From the IMG/VR virus record IMGVR_UViG_3300042453_001086, positions 64,001-128,000 of that record: DNA of 64,000 nucleotides. One strand, written 5' to 3'. A program made the position numbers and the translations under genes. This DNA is from a virus. Each line of letters begins with the position of its first letter. The stretch's first letter is position 1. Below are positions 50,601 to 60,002 of the stretch, piece after piece. The notes below the pieces were generated by a model that saw only the letters and a list, made by a program, of their open reading frames with translations, did no database searches and had not been told where the DNA came from.

Positions 50601-53600
50601 CCGAACTAATGGAAGTTGGATTTTGGATGAACGAAGCATTGCCAGTTGATATAATATTGAGTTCTCCAAAACTTATAAAACCAGCTGGATGTGTAGTTTC
50701 TTTGATGGTGTTACGCCAATCATTTATTTGACTATTCGATTCAATCACATACGAATAATCTTGATAGAAATATGAATCTGCCAATCTCTGAGACAAAGAT
50801 CCTAACTTAGACCTATCAGACGAATAATAACCAATATTATTATAATAAGACTTGATGTTTGGTTCTAATGTTCCTCTAAAAACTTTAGAAACTATAGCTT
50901 CAGATTTTCTAATGCTTCCAATGATAGACAATCCTGAAATAAATGTTCCATCTATGTTTTCTACCTTCAAAATATTTGATCCTGATTTCCAACCAAGTTT
51001 AGATACTAAACCTCTCGCAACTTCTATCTCACCATCATATTGAATGATAGTTTCGTTTTCTAAGAATCCTCCATCAAAATCTTTTAGAATCAAGAATGCT
51101 GGTGTATAGAATGATCTTTGAATGGATTTATCATTATTGAAAGATTTTCCATTATTTGATATTTTTAAACTCTTTATAGTACCAATATCATTACTATAGC
51201 AATACATTTCAACATCTGATTCAATAATTTTTACTTCTGGTTTAAAGGTATAATCAACACCTCTATTTTCAACAACAATCGAAGCAATAGATCCATTATT
51301 ATCTGTGGTTATTTTAAACGAAGCAAATCTACCATCACCATTCGTTACAACAGCAATCGGATTCACGTAACCTTTTCCAGGATTTGTTATTATCAATGAA
51401 GCGACGTTTTTAGAAACTGAACTCCAGTTCACATCAACAACACACTCATATGCAGAATTAGGTGCAACACCAACAACTGTTGGTAGTAAAGAAAATCCAG
51501 ATCCAGAGTTTGTAATATTTACAGATTTTATTTTTCCGACAGCAGTTCTAGAAGATGTTATGTATTTCATAAATCCAGAACCATCATATAATGGAACTGT
51601 ATTTAAATCATACACAAAACTTGTGTCTGTCACATATGTGACAACTTTAGATCCCTGTAAAGGATCTGGTACTAACTTGACAAACCCATTATCAGTAACT
51701 GTAAGTCCAGATTTATCAAAATAAAAATAATTTCCGTATTCTACTGGTTTTTTAGTTGAAGTATTGTTTGGATCTAACTGTTCACCATATCCAGTTTTTA
51801 TTATCAAATAAGAACCTGGATATCCAGGAAGGATATTATTTTTTGTTACATTATTTGCAATAATATTATAGTTTCCACTAGGAGAAAACTCCAACGAAGA
51901 CCCAATCATCGAAAAATGATCGGTTGTAAACTTGTAAGTATAATATGTCTGGGCATCTATAACAGGATTCTTTATCCAGTTGATCCCATCTAAAGAGAAC
52001 TCAAATCTATAAGATGGTTCTTCGATGATGTCCGATACTGTTACAATTTTTGCAGGAGAACTTTGGTCAAAAAATGTCATATCTGACATCAGTTTGTTGA
52101 TAGCAGATAATGGAATGTTTATATCAAAATATACTTCTAATGTTTGTGTTTTTTTATCATATACATTAACAAAAGGAGATCCTGTCTGAAATCCTACACG
52201 GTATCCTTGATTCAGAGTAAAAGCAGATTGATTTACAGTGACTACGGAAAGATCCGAATGATTTTGTAAAATAGTATCATCTACAGATCTTTCAACTGTT
52301 ACTGAGCTTTCATTGGCATTGATTGTCAACACTTTCATTAGTTCATCATTAATTTTTATCGTATCATTTACTGATAACGACTCTACATCAGTTAAAAATA
52401 CTTTTGTATTAGAAAGATGCAATCCAACATGATCCACTTCACCCAGAAATGATCTTGTATTAGAAGAATTTATAGGTCTGCCTATTGCGGACGCATTTAT
52501 GGTTAAAATATCTCCTTTTTTATAGTTTTTTCCTTTTGAAGTTATAACTACAGAAGTCACTATTCCATTTGTTATATTAACTGTCGCCTTTGCGTTATTT
52601 TCATTGTTTGGACTCCCCACCAATATTTTTCCTTCGAGTTGTCTACATAAGGATTGATCGGCAAATATTAACTCAACATTGTTGTATGACGCATTTCCTC
52701 CATTAGCATAATCTCCTTCTGGATTTGCATTTCCGTTCTGATCATAAACATAGTACCCACCGCCATTTAATAGTTTTAGCGAACCAACTCCACTATCTTT
52801 AATATTTTTGGTTATATTTAATGATGGTAACTTTACTTTTTGGTATATTCTTCTTCTTACTTGATACGTAGTTGTGGTCTGAGTGTCATTTGGATTTATA
52901 TCTACTATTACAGTATCTCCTTCCGTGAGAAGGTGATTTTCATCAGTTGTTACGATTGCGATCTTATCATTTATTTCTGATATCTCTATGTTATTATGTA
53001 AATATCTAATAACCGATATTTTTGAGTTAGAAGTGTCAAATACATTAGAACTTCTTATCAAATATTCCTGATCAACGATAAACTCTCCTCGCAAAACTTT
53101 AACTATTAAAGTATTCCCATCGATTAGTGATTGCAGAACTTCTCCTTTAGCTTGCTCACTTAAAATCAATGATCCAGGGGGAGTTAATACAGTAGATAAA
53201 GATACTGGTGTTCCATTTTCTGTTTGAGATACTTGGAATGTGGTTGCTTCTGCATTCACAACAAAATATGGCGTGTCTAATAAAATATTACTAAAAGATT
53301 TGGTGAAAATAACTCTTTCTCCATTTTCAAATGGATTTCTTGCCAATACTACTTTGTTATTCTCTACTTTTTCAACACCAGCCTGTTTACCATTGGATAA
53401 AGTTACAATAGATCCAGAAGCAAACGACGAAGATCTATCCAACAATAAAGATGCTACTACAATATTACTGAATAGTTTATCAGTAGAAGTAAATGTTCCG
53501 TTTACTTCTTTTAAAACAATATTAGTATCATTTATAACATTGCCAAGCACAGTACCATATGCATTTGTGTTTTCTTGGTATAAAGTAGAATCCGCAAACA

Positions 53601-56574
53601 AATATGCTGTGTTAATAGTTGAAATCTTTATTGCTTTATCTTGTTGTGATTGAATAGATGTAATAGATTTTCCTTCTACTTCTTTTACGACGGATGATAT
53701 TTCTTTCGTGAAATCTTGATCTGCGTAATCAAATACGATTTTATTTCCAGGACTAAAAATAGCATTTGAATCTACGCATTCAATTTCACTAATCGTACCA
53801 GTATTGATTTCTTCAATAACTGCTTCTATTGGTTCTCCATTCTGTGAAATGCCATCAGTTTTTATTCTTTTGATATTTCTTGGAATATCCAGTTGAGTTA
53901 TTTTTTTGTAGTTTGAATCTACAGGAACTCCATAAAACTTATCACCAAGTAGATATGGATATATTGGATTTTGATTTTCACCAATAGTGATGAAATATGC
54001 ATATGTTCCTTCTGGATATTCAGGAGTAACACAGTACCTTCCGTTATTTTCGTCCAAACTACCAGATCTATGAATATATTCATAGTCTTCTACGAAATAT
54101 CCCAATGGATATGTTAATGTCGATGGTCCAAATGGTCTAGAGCTTTTCAGTGAATATGAACTGGACATTCTAACAATAGAAGAACTCTTGTTCACTGGAT
54201 TTGAATATCCATATGCACCATAAATGGGGTATCCATCAAAAGCAAACCCAATAATAGGAGAATGTCTCAATACATTAGGTACAATATAATTTGAGTCTAT
54301 ATTATCATTCAGTTGAACTCTGAGACCCTTTGGATTTGCTAAGTAAGAATATCCATATCCAATACCCTCTTTTTTATTTAAAAAGTAATATCCATTGTGA
54401 TCATCAACAGATGACTGATATTTGTAGAAACGGTTTCTTGTCCAAGTTCTTACATTAGAAATAGCAGTAGCTCCGCTACCAACAGACTCTAACGTTACTG
54501 TAGTTTCTTCTGGATTATAATCTCTACCTTCATTTATTTTTTTAAACCCAACTATTTTGCCGTCATCAGATATTTGTGAAATGTACTCTGCATACTTTCC
54601 TTTTCCAGAAGCGTCCCTGATAAAAACTTTGGGTGGAGTTGAATAATACTCACCTGGATTATCAATCTGTATGGATGTTATTTTACCACTCGTGATAACA
54701 GGTGATGCAGATGCGTTTCTGCCAGAGGTAATAGTTACTACAGGAACAGGTGGGAAAAATCCTGCACCAGGATTTACAACTTCGATAGTTTCTACAACTT
54801 CTCCAGATAAAACAGCTCGTGCATCAGCTACACCTATACCAGTACTATCTTCTACTAAAACAAATGGTGGATCTAAGTAACCAGATCCTTGATTAGTTAC
54901 AAAAATTTCTTGTATTTCGCCAAAAACGATTTGTTCTTCATCTTTGTGACTCATGATAGTCACGCCATTGAGAAGAACTCCAGTTTCATGACTTCCGATA
55001 GTAGTTACATCAGTGCTTACGGAAGACTGTTTTTTGATTATCTTTAAATGTTTTTGATCATCTAACTCTACATTCCAAAAACTCTCTCCAATACTATGGG
55101 ATGGATATCCAGAAGATGTAATGTAAAAATACTGCGAATCTTCAAAAACAGCAGAAACATCAGATATTACTCTAGATAAATCATTTGCAATACTGGTATT
55201 TGACGAAGAAGGAGCAGCAAGAGACTCATTTATTCTCCACCTAATACTACCAGTATTTTTATCGATTACTTTAACATCAGATACAATACTACCAGAAGAA
55301 GTTACTTGTATTCTGTCATTTTCAGATAAATAAGGAACATTTTCTTTAATATCTAAGTTATAAACTACACCAAGAGGAACGGCGGAAAATGTTTGAATAT
55401 TTCCAGAAATATCTTCGTAATCAGCAGTAATCAAAGTTTCATCATATACTAAGCTTTTTTCTGTATGGTAAACTGGAGAAAGTCTTGTGAGAGATTGAAA
55501 CTGATTTACATTTTTGTTTTCAAAAGTTATCTTTTCGTTATCAATGAAAAAACTACCAAAATTTTCCCAACCAAGAGTAGAGAACACATTAATGATATTA
55601 GTTTCTGTGCTCAGCACTTCATCAGTTAAGTAAGTTTGTGACGCAATCTCAAACTCACCGACTATAGTATTTGTTGCTAGTACAATCTCATAAAATCCTT
55701 CACCAATATCAATGATATTATCAATCACACCAAATGATTGTACTTCGTCAGAAAAACGTTTTTTCTGAATCAACTTTGTTCCAACGATACGATTTGTATC
55801 ACCAGATAAAACTCTAACTTTTAGACCGTATTTTGAGATCCAAGTACCATTAGATGATTTAAATGTGAAATCTTTTGGATAATATACAGAAGGAACATCA
55901 TTAGGCTCCTTTGCAACAATTGCATTAAAAATAAACTGTACTGATTTTTCTGTTCCTTTTACTTTATAAAAATCTTTGATGTTTTTTATAATCAGATTTT
56001 TATTTACAGAAGATTTCAGACTTGATTCGGGGAAAGATCCCAAATATTCTTTTTCAAAATTTTTGACTAATGCGTATAAAAATAGGTTACTGATGTTTTT
56101 TACAATAGAACCAAAAGAAATAGCATCAGTGCTATTTCCAGAATCTTTATAATCTACATCTGTGTTTGTACTCTCGGCATACAAATCGCCAAGATTAGTA
56201 GTTGCGTTGATATTTCTATAGCAATCTAGAAATACATTTCCTTGTTTTTCTTTATAGAAGATTGCTTCGTCATTGATTAAAATATACCCATTGGCATCTG
56301 GAAACGAAGAAGCATCTTCAACCGTAATGCTAATACTGTTGTTCTGCTGAGATAATGAAACAAAAACCGTAGATTCTGTTAGACTCTCTTTATCATACGA
56401 GTCTACATCACGATATTTGTCTAAGTTATTAATAATATGTATGGGGTTGCCTGGCAACTCAAGATACTCATAGTATTTCTGCAAAAAAGCAGAAAATCTA
56501 GGATATTCTGTGTTGATAAATGCTGGTAGCTGATGATCTATCAGGTATGAAAGATTGCGTATCTTTGATGCCAT
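47620..56574 (-). CDS. gp7: Baseplate wedge initiator, cyanomyovirus-type (2984 aa)
   Basis: LI..QLP.FI..EYP.F..FL.KYYEY, LIKNIKDFY..KGT..S..F.F, HSPIIGFAFDGYPIYGAYG, LDENNGRYCVTPEYPEGTYAYF, DSYFYQDYSYV, HPAGF; lies between gp6 and gp8. Confidence 0.82.
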   Translation of the reverse strand: MASKIRNLSYLIDHQLPAFINTEYPRFSAFLQKYYEYLELPGNPIHIINNLDKYRDVDSYDKESLTESTVFVSLSQQNNSISITVEDASSFPDANGYILINDEAIFYKEKQGNVFLDCYRNINATTNLGDLYAESTNTDVDYKDSGNSTDAISFGSIVKNISNLFLYALVKNFEKEYLGSFPESSLKSSVNKNLIIKNIKDFYKVKGTEKSVQFIFNAIVAKEPNDVPSVYYPKDFTFKSSNGTWISKYGLKVRVLSGDTNRIVGTKLIQKKRFSDEVQSFGVIDNIIDIGEGFYEIVLATNTIVGEFEIASQTYLTDEVLSTETNIINVFSTLGWENFGSFFIDNEKITFENKNVNQFQSLTRLSPVYHTEKSLVYDETLITADYEDISGNIQTFSAVPLGVVYNLDIKENVPYLSENDRIQVTSSGSIVSDVKVIDKNTGSIRWRINESLAAPSSSNTSIANDLSRVISDVSAVFEDSQYFYITSSGYPSHSIGESFWNVELDDQKHLKIIKKQSSVSTDVTTIGSHETGVLLNGVTIMSHKDEEQIVFGEIQEIFVTNQGSGYLDPPFVLVEDSTGIGVADARAVLSGEVVETIEVVNPGAGFFPPVPVVTITSGRNASASPVITSGKITSIQIDNPGEYYSTPPKVFIRDASGKGKYAEYISQISDDGKIVGFKKINEGRDYNPEETTVTLESVGSGATAISNVRTWTRNRFYKYQSSVDDHNGYYFLNKKEGIGYGYSYLANPKGLRVQLNDNIDSNYIVPNVLRHSPIIGFAFDGYPIYGAYGYSNPVNKSSSIVRMSSSYSLKSSRPFGPSTLTYPLGYFVEDYEYIHRSGSLDENNGRYCVTPEYPEGTYAYFITIGENQNPIYPYLLGDKFYGVPVDSNYKKITQLDIPRNIKRIKTDGISQNGEPIEAVIEEINTGTISEIECVDSNAIFSPGNKIVFDYADQDFTKEISSVVKEVEGKSITSIQSQQDKAIKISTINTAYLFADSTLYQENTNAYGTVLGNVINDTNIVLKEVNGTFTSTDKLFSNIVVASLLLDRSSSFASGSIVTLSNGKQAGVEKVENNKVVLARNPFENGERVIFTKSFSNILLDTPYFVVNAEATTFQVSQTENGTPVSLSTVLTPPGSLILSEQAKGEVLQSLIDGNTLIVKVLRGEFIVDQEYLIRSSNVFDTSNSKISVIRYLHNNIEISEINDKIAIVTTDENHLLTEGDTVIVDINPNDTQTTTTYQVRRRIYQKVKLPSLNITKNIKDSGVGSLKLLNGGGYYVYDQNGNANPEGDYANGGNASYNNVELIFADQSLCRQLEGKILVGSPNNENNAKATVNITNGIVTSVVITSKGKNYKKGDILTINASAIGRPINSSNTRSFLGEVDHVGLHLSNTKVFLTDVESLSVNDTIKINDELMKVLTINANESSVTVERSVDDTILQNHSDLSVVTVNQSAFTLNQGYRVGFQTGSPFVNVYDKKTQTLEVYFDINIPLSAINKLMSDMTFFDQSSPAKIVTVSDIIEEPSYRFEFSLDGINWIKNPVIDAQTYYTYKFTTDHFSMIGSSLEFSPSGNYNIIANNVTKNNILPGYPGSYLIIKTGYGEQLDPNNTSTKKPVEYGNYFYFDKSGLTVTDNGFVKLVPDPLQGSKVVTYVTDTSFVYDLNTVPLYDGSGFMKYITSSRTAVGKIKSVNITNSGSGFSLLPTVVGVAPNSAYECVVDVNWSSVSKNVASLIITNPGKGYVNPIAVVTNGDGRFASFKITTDNNGSIASIVVENRGVDYTFKPEVKIIESDVEMYCYSNDIGTIKSLKISNNGKSFNNDKSIQRSFYTPAFLILKDFDGGFLENETIIQYDGEIEVARGLVSKLGWKSGSNILKVENIDGTFISGLSIIGSIRKSEAIVSKVFRGTLEPNIKSYYNNIGYYSSDRSKLGSLSQRLADSYFYQDYSYVIESNSQINDWRNTIKETTHPAGFISFGELNIISTGNASFIQNPTSISSVRLLQLWDDESLDRRVTLQSSTTKVTEIIAQTTNINQFRGKGSIVPLQYDSSETLSYDFYLTPDFNGYFDANGNRSGTKTFTMKLRSSNLPLNVSNVHNLIVTLDGILQEPGLAYTVSGTQITFSQAPLGYRDVFGDPISLSQYREGVDTKSQFFIGRYVGFKDSQLNTQYFKKIKSISTQFNGVQTEFDLYYEDNTPVVLDANDNLFVSLDGVLQVPGVTPLIPLKRSYYIRKTVTPNVIVFTEPPLIQEGVPQSFFAYRVGNYLPLGIDQYLIESKKTGPFILRSVVDRKSVFIDDDRNLFVFVDNVLQRRLKSYDVNGSTITFKESLKPDSKIDIVYLYGRDFQKFATAFGFEDTPFFNRYNITVNAFQVDLNYGYGQYVNAVIDAVDEQFNVISSGRVAKISKENTNYVITVESSINKKIESGYALIVRQIRGNYGDIDVYISDFKVLSVDEFRENDQTLEIIDKSKPGWLQGTSLKPIYDDNIEVDDLIKIDGEEDFRTVRSTPTEAYKTQYRDNDDVNTSYYGKIEVSSYNKPQRGEGLTILPEVDTDPTSPTYGQIISLTWNKKDYNDYVQTKVFPQPNAYGYEDLPELMFVPQPVLDEGGSITSPSQGGGARAFAILHNGEVIDLVLLSGGSGYLTPPKVYVTYGYDILKSEKNLTTAYFKLGLETYLVPGLKLSNTVTVIIPTLKPNIYNTSIPFVSPLSTAHLGTNIIQPKVDTGNEFGWKETRVNVIMNLSADISSYSDIYSIIRIHLETPLQDVTSISSYETSCIKTANIISGAVDSYGDENYSVEYTQYQLGAPLGYYDFNGLQNAAVGYNTSSALTLEMLENAHPTLTIEDFEINSESNYSQSKEYWMFGRDSVTEYGAFLGISINETDSVVYISGENNPTTPFPDSGALLIGDEVVFYASKLSDRFLNITRGMNGTMPQQHTAGDYLRTFTEDMEFYFTTIIDSVSYSLPGYFYTFQNTYSDITTNLVLTRTGSFVVE

Positions 56575-56579
56575 TTAAC

Positions 56580-58382
56580 TTACTCTTGGATAGCAGTAAT
56601 AGTACTCTTGTCAATATCAACATCTAAGAAGATTTCTCTCTTAGCAATAATATCATTGAATCTTGGTTTTACTCGTATTTCTATCTTGTTATCTGAAAAT
56701 GATCCTTGTATGATAGTAAGATCATTGATTTTTATTTCACCTTTCAAATAATCAACACTTCCTTGATTGCTATTCAAAACTATTTTATCGTTAGTTTGTG
56801 AATCAAGTCGGTATAAAACAATAACACCATTTCTATCTTCAAGATAACAAATATATGAAGGATATTTTTGAACAACAAACCCAGTAGAAACAATAGAAGG
56901 TGTTTCTGCATCATATTCAAACTGATTACTAAAACACAACTCATAATATGTTGAGTTATTTAATGAAGGATAAAAATCCTTTCTCATCTTAACGGAAGTT
57001 AGGTTAGATTTTATGGATCTATCAGAGTTATCTATTACGGAAGTGAACTTACTATATCTAAACTTTCCCCCAAACTTTTCGGTATCACTAGATAAACTGT
57101 AACTAGTGATATTGTTTATCACTTTAGTTTTAATATCATCTGGAGTTAATGTAGTTGCATTTAGAGAATAAAACACTCTACTATTTAACTCTATAAAAAT
57201 TATTGATGGATCTACAATCTCTGGAGTAACTGATCCGACAGAATATTTTTTAAGTTCTTCAATGATTAATCTTTTTGAATAAGAAGACAGGAAAGAGAGA
57301 TTTCTTGGTTTAATCGCTATCTTTACTTTTCCATATTCTGGGGGATCTGCTTCTTCTCCTCCGTATGTTATGACATCTGCCGCAGCTGGATAAACTCTTC
57401 TTATTATAGATGTGTAATCTGATGATGTCACCGCTCTATTTTGAGTGCCATACATCGCAGGAGCATTGACTTTAATACTATCAATACTTTCGATATCACT
57501 GCCACCAAAAGATTTGACTAATAAAGTAATATTTTCAACTCCCGTTAAAAATGTACTAGAACCGTTAGAAGTATCAACTAATACTCCATTAAAAGTAAAG
57601 TTTGATGCATTATTTGTAGATGGACCATTGCAGACCAGATAAGAAACTTCGACAACTTGCCCAACCTGTAGTTTTTTACCAAATATACCATCCCCAAATA
57701 CAATTTTGTAGTTCTCGTCTTCTATCTCATTAACATAAAAAACGGCAGATGTCGGAGAAACATTTAATATATTATCAGTTAAAACGTATTTTTCAAAAGT
57801 ACTTGAACTTCCGCTTTCAAATACTTTGATAGTAAGGTTGCTAATATCTATTCCTGGGTTAGATAAAACTATGGAAGTATTTTCTTGAGTTACTGGATAT
57901 CTATCAGTTACTAAAGAACCTTCATATATTTTAACATTTGAGAAAGTTACCTGATTTTCACTGTTTACTGGAGCAGTGATATCTTCTAAAACGTTATATT
58001 GATATAAAGAATCATTTACTATAGTTAAAAACGCCAATCCTTTCTTCAGCGTTATACTATTGGGAGTATTAGCTCCATTAACAGAAAATGTTATGTTTAA
58101 AGCGGCAGACGAAGCAACAGCAGATCTAGGAGTATATCCTAGTTGCTTTGCCAAAGAAACAACGTTATCACGAAGAGTAGCGGAATCGAGAAACATCTCG
58201 TTCGCAATCATGTTGGCATTAAATGCCGTGTAATAGGTATTATACGCCAATAAATCAATAATATGACCTAAAGCGGAACCTTCGAAGTCATAATCAGTAA
58301 AATCCGAGTTAGCCCTCAGATAATCTCTGAGGGCAGCTTTTATATCAAAGTAATCTAGATTTGTAAGTTGATTGTATGGCAT
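56580..58382 (-). CDS. gp6: Baseplate wedge subunit
   Basis: LDYFDIKAALRDYL...FTDYDFEGSAL..IIDLLAYNTYY.AFNANM..NE.FLDSATLRDNVVSLAKQLGYTPRS, QNRAVT..DY, YGKV.IAIKP. Confidence 0.95.
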   Translation of the reverse strand: MPYNQLTNLDYFDIKAALRDYLRANSDFTDYDFEGSALGHIIDLLAYNTYYTAFNANMIANEMFLDSATLRDNVVSLAKQLGYTPRSAVASSAALNITFSVNGANTPNSITLKKGLAFLTIVNDSLYQYNVLEDITAPVNSENQVTFSNVKIYEGSLVTDRYPVTQENTSIVLSNPGIDISNLTIKVFESGSSSTFEKYVLTDNILNVSPTSAVFYVNEIEDENYKIVFGDGIFGKKLQVGQVVEVSYLVCNGPSTNNASNFTFNGVLVDTSNGSSTFLTGVENITLLVKSFGGSDIESIDSIKVNAPAMYGTQNRAVTSSDYTSIIRRVYPAAADVITYGGEEADPPEYGKVKIAIKPRNLSFLSSYSKRLIIEELKKYSVGSVTPEIVDPSIIFIELNSRVFYSLNATTLTPDDIKTKVINNITSYSLSSDTEKFGGKFRYSKFTSVIDNSDRSIKSNLTSVKMRKDFYPSLNNSTYYELCFSNQFEYDAETPSIVSTGFVVQKYPSYICYLEDRNGVIVLYRLDSQTNDKIVLNSNQGSVDYLKGEIKINDLTIIQGSFSDNKIEIRVKPRFNDIIAKREIFLDVDIDKSTITAIQE

Positions 58383-58383
58383 T

Positions 58384-58779
58384 TTATGCTCTTGTTCTCT
58401 CTAGAGTAAGCTGAATAGTATCAAGTTTTTCAGGTAATCCAATAACAGAGTACTCAATCTCTATATCGTAAGCATTATTATCGTAATCTTCATTCACTAA
58501 AACATTCTTTAAGTCAACTCTAGGCTCAAAAGCACGAATAGTATATTCAATTTCGGATTTGATACTTGATGATGTAATGAAATCCATTGGTTCAAAGAGT
58601 AAAGTGTAGATTTTACTCCCGATATTTGGATTGAAAAATCTTTCGCCAGGGACTGTAAGGATTAAACTCATGACAGAATTTTTAATCGCATTAAAATCCT
58701 TCACTATAAGTAGATCATCAGTAACAGGATGCTTACCGAAAGTAATATTAATATCTCGGAATGCTCTGCTGACTGGCAT
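58384..58779 (-). CDS. gp25: Baseplate wedge subunit gp25
   Basis: FRDINITF.KHPVT.DL..VKD.NAIKNSV..LILT.PGERFFNPNIGS, FEPRV. Confidence 0.95.
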   Translation of the reverse strand: MPVSRAFRDINITFGKHPVTDDLLIVKDFNAIKNSVMSLILTVPGERFFNPNIGSKIYTLLFEPMDFITSSSIKSEIEYTIRAFEPRVDLKNVLVNEDYDNNAYDIEIEYSVIGLPEKLDTIQLTLERTRA

Positions 58780-58789
58780 AAAAAGACCG

Positions 58790-58809
58790 TATTTATAGTA
58801 TTATTTATA
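58790..58809 (-). promoter_or_regulatory. Tandem T4-type late promoters upstream of gp25
   Basis: TATAAATA at 58802-58809 and 58790-58797. Confidence 0.75.
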
Positions 58810-58993
58810 CCCACCACTCCACATAATCATCAAATCCTTCTTTACCACCGCAGTGTTTTTCCAGTCTATTCTTTGGGGGTTCGTTTTTCTTTAATTTTGT
58901 CGGAGACAACGCACCATAATCGGTGATTAGGCGAGTTGTGCCCCAATTTTTCTGCATGTAATCCGTATCTCGGTCTACTTGGTACTTAGCCAT
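58805..58993 (-). CDS. Conserved cyanophage hypothetical protein (62 aa)
   Basis: VDRD..YM...WGT..LITDY motif, typical upstream of gp25; GGAG SD upstream. Confidence 0.65.
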   Translation of the reverse strand: MAKYQVDRDTDYMQKNWGTTRLITDYGALSPTKLKKNEPPKNRLEKHCGGKEGFDDYVEWWV

Positions 58994-59029
58994 CTGTTTT
59001 TCTCCTAAAATGAGTGAAAACAGAACTTT

Positions 59030-59254
59030 TTACGGGGTTGCTATCCCGAATTTTTCAATATTTTCGCGCCTAAATGTGATATTTTTCTGTATTCTAACAT
59101 CAGAGTTGCGAAAGGTCCAGCAATATCCTCCCTCATCCAAGAAAACTACCCATTCTAGGTCATGTTCTTGACTTCTATCGATTAAAAAAAATGCCCATCC
59201 AGACCCCTTGGGAGTCAGGACGGGTATTTGGGGGTCAAGTTGGAGCATTGACAT
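59030..59254 (-). CDS. Conserved hypothetical protein (74 aa)
   Basis: MLQLDPQIPV.TPKG.G.AFFLIDRSQEHDL.WVVF.D..G.CWT..N.DVR.QKNIT, a widespread small phage family. Confidence 0.7.
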   Translation of the reverse strand: MSMLQLDPQIPVLTPKGSGWAFFLIDRSQEHDLEWVVFLDEGGYCWTFRNSDVRIQKNITFRRENIEKFGIATP

Positions 59255-59263
59255 GTACTCAGA

Positions 59264-59449
59264 TCATGCTGGGACTTCTGGATTGGTGTCTGGGTGAATC
59301 TGACGGTTTGCATTTCTGCCTGCAACCCATCCAAACACTCTAGGAGTTACCTCGTTTTCGGGTACTTCTTCCCATGCTTCGTTTTCTGGGGTATTTGGAT
59401 CGTCAGCAACGAATGTTCCATCTTCGTTCCTTGCGCGTCTTTTAGCCAT
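59264..59449 (-). CDS. Small hypothetical protein (61 aa)
   Basis: RARNEDGTFVADDPNTPENEAW motif recurrent in phage ORFs; overlaps the upstream stop. Confidence 0.65.
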   Translation of the reverse strand: MAKRRARNEDGTFVADDPNTPENEAWEEVPENEVTPRVFGWVAGRNANRQIHPDTNPEVPA

Positions 59450-59588
59450 TTCCTTGTCCTCTGTAACGTTTTTTACGACCGTTGCGACTAGATGCCGCTA
59501 GGTTTGTGTTTTTTGAGCGACCCTGGCGAGTACACTTGGGTTTGCCAGGAACATAACTAGACTTATTAAAACTAGGTGCTTTTGCCAT
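59442..59588 (-). CDS. Small Lys/Arg-rich protein (48 aa), not in ORF track
   Basis: MAKAPSFNKSSYVPGKPKCTRQGRSKNTNLAASSRNGRKKRYRGQGNG; preceded by CATAAATA (59594-59601), a late-promoter variant. Confidence 0.7.
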   Translation of the reverse strand: MAKAPSFNKSSYVPGKPKCTRQGRSKNTNLAASSRNGRKKRYRGQGNG

Positions 59589-59605
59589 AATCTTATTTAT
59601 GAAAA

Positions 59606-59995
59606 TTAAATGGATACAAGAGGTATTGCTGGTAAATCAGAGACATTGACGGTGAACGCTCCTGCTCTTAGCGTCCCAGCAGGCGCTAGAGGTGCGGGGT
59701 AAAACGTTTTAGGAGCACGTATTGCATCGCCAACTCTACCCATGGGTTGACCATTACACCAAACATTTGGGCAACCTTCCGCAACTTCATCATTATGGGG
59801 AGGTCTAATCGCCAAACTTACCACATCAGTGGGAATGTCATGAACGATAAACTTACTTCCTGCTGGTATAGCAGGTCTACCCTCAATAAAGACGTTGAGA
59901 GAAAAACCAACGCCAGGAATAGGCACTGATCCTGTTGGTGTAAACATAGTGTGATTACACATGTTTGATGGGTGGAGAACCGCTGGTTTTGCCAT
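59606..59995 (-). CDS. gp5.4: PAAR-repeat spike tip protein (gp5.4-like)
   Basis: NVFIEGRPA, H..., EGCPNVWCNGQPMGRVGDAI PAAR-type motifs with His/Cys metal ligands. Confidence 0.75.
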   Translation of the reverse strand: MAKPAVLHPSNMCNHTMFTPTGSVPIPGVGFSLNVFIEGRPAIPAGSKFIVHDIPTDVVSLAIRPPHNDEVAEGCPNVWCNGQPMGRVGDAIRAPKTFYPAPLAPAGTLRAGAFTVNVSDLPAIPLVSI

Positions 59996-60002
59996 TATAG
60001 TA

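Noticed and set aside
58384-58779. gp25 as a lysozyme
   Set aside because: The gp25 'lysozyme' label is a known legacy misannotation; the sequence is the structural wedge/sheath-initiation fold.
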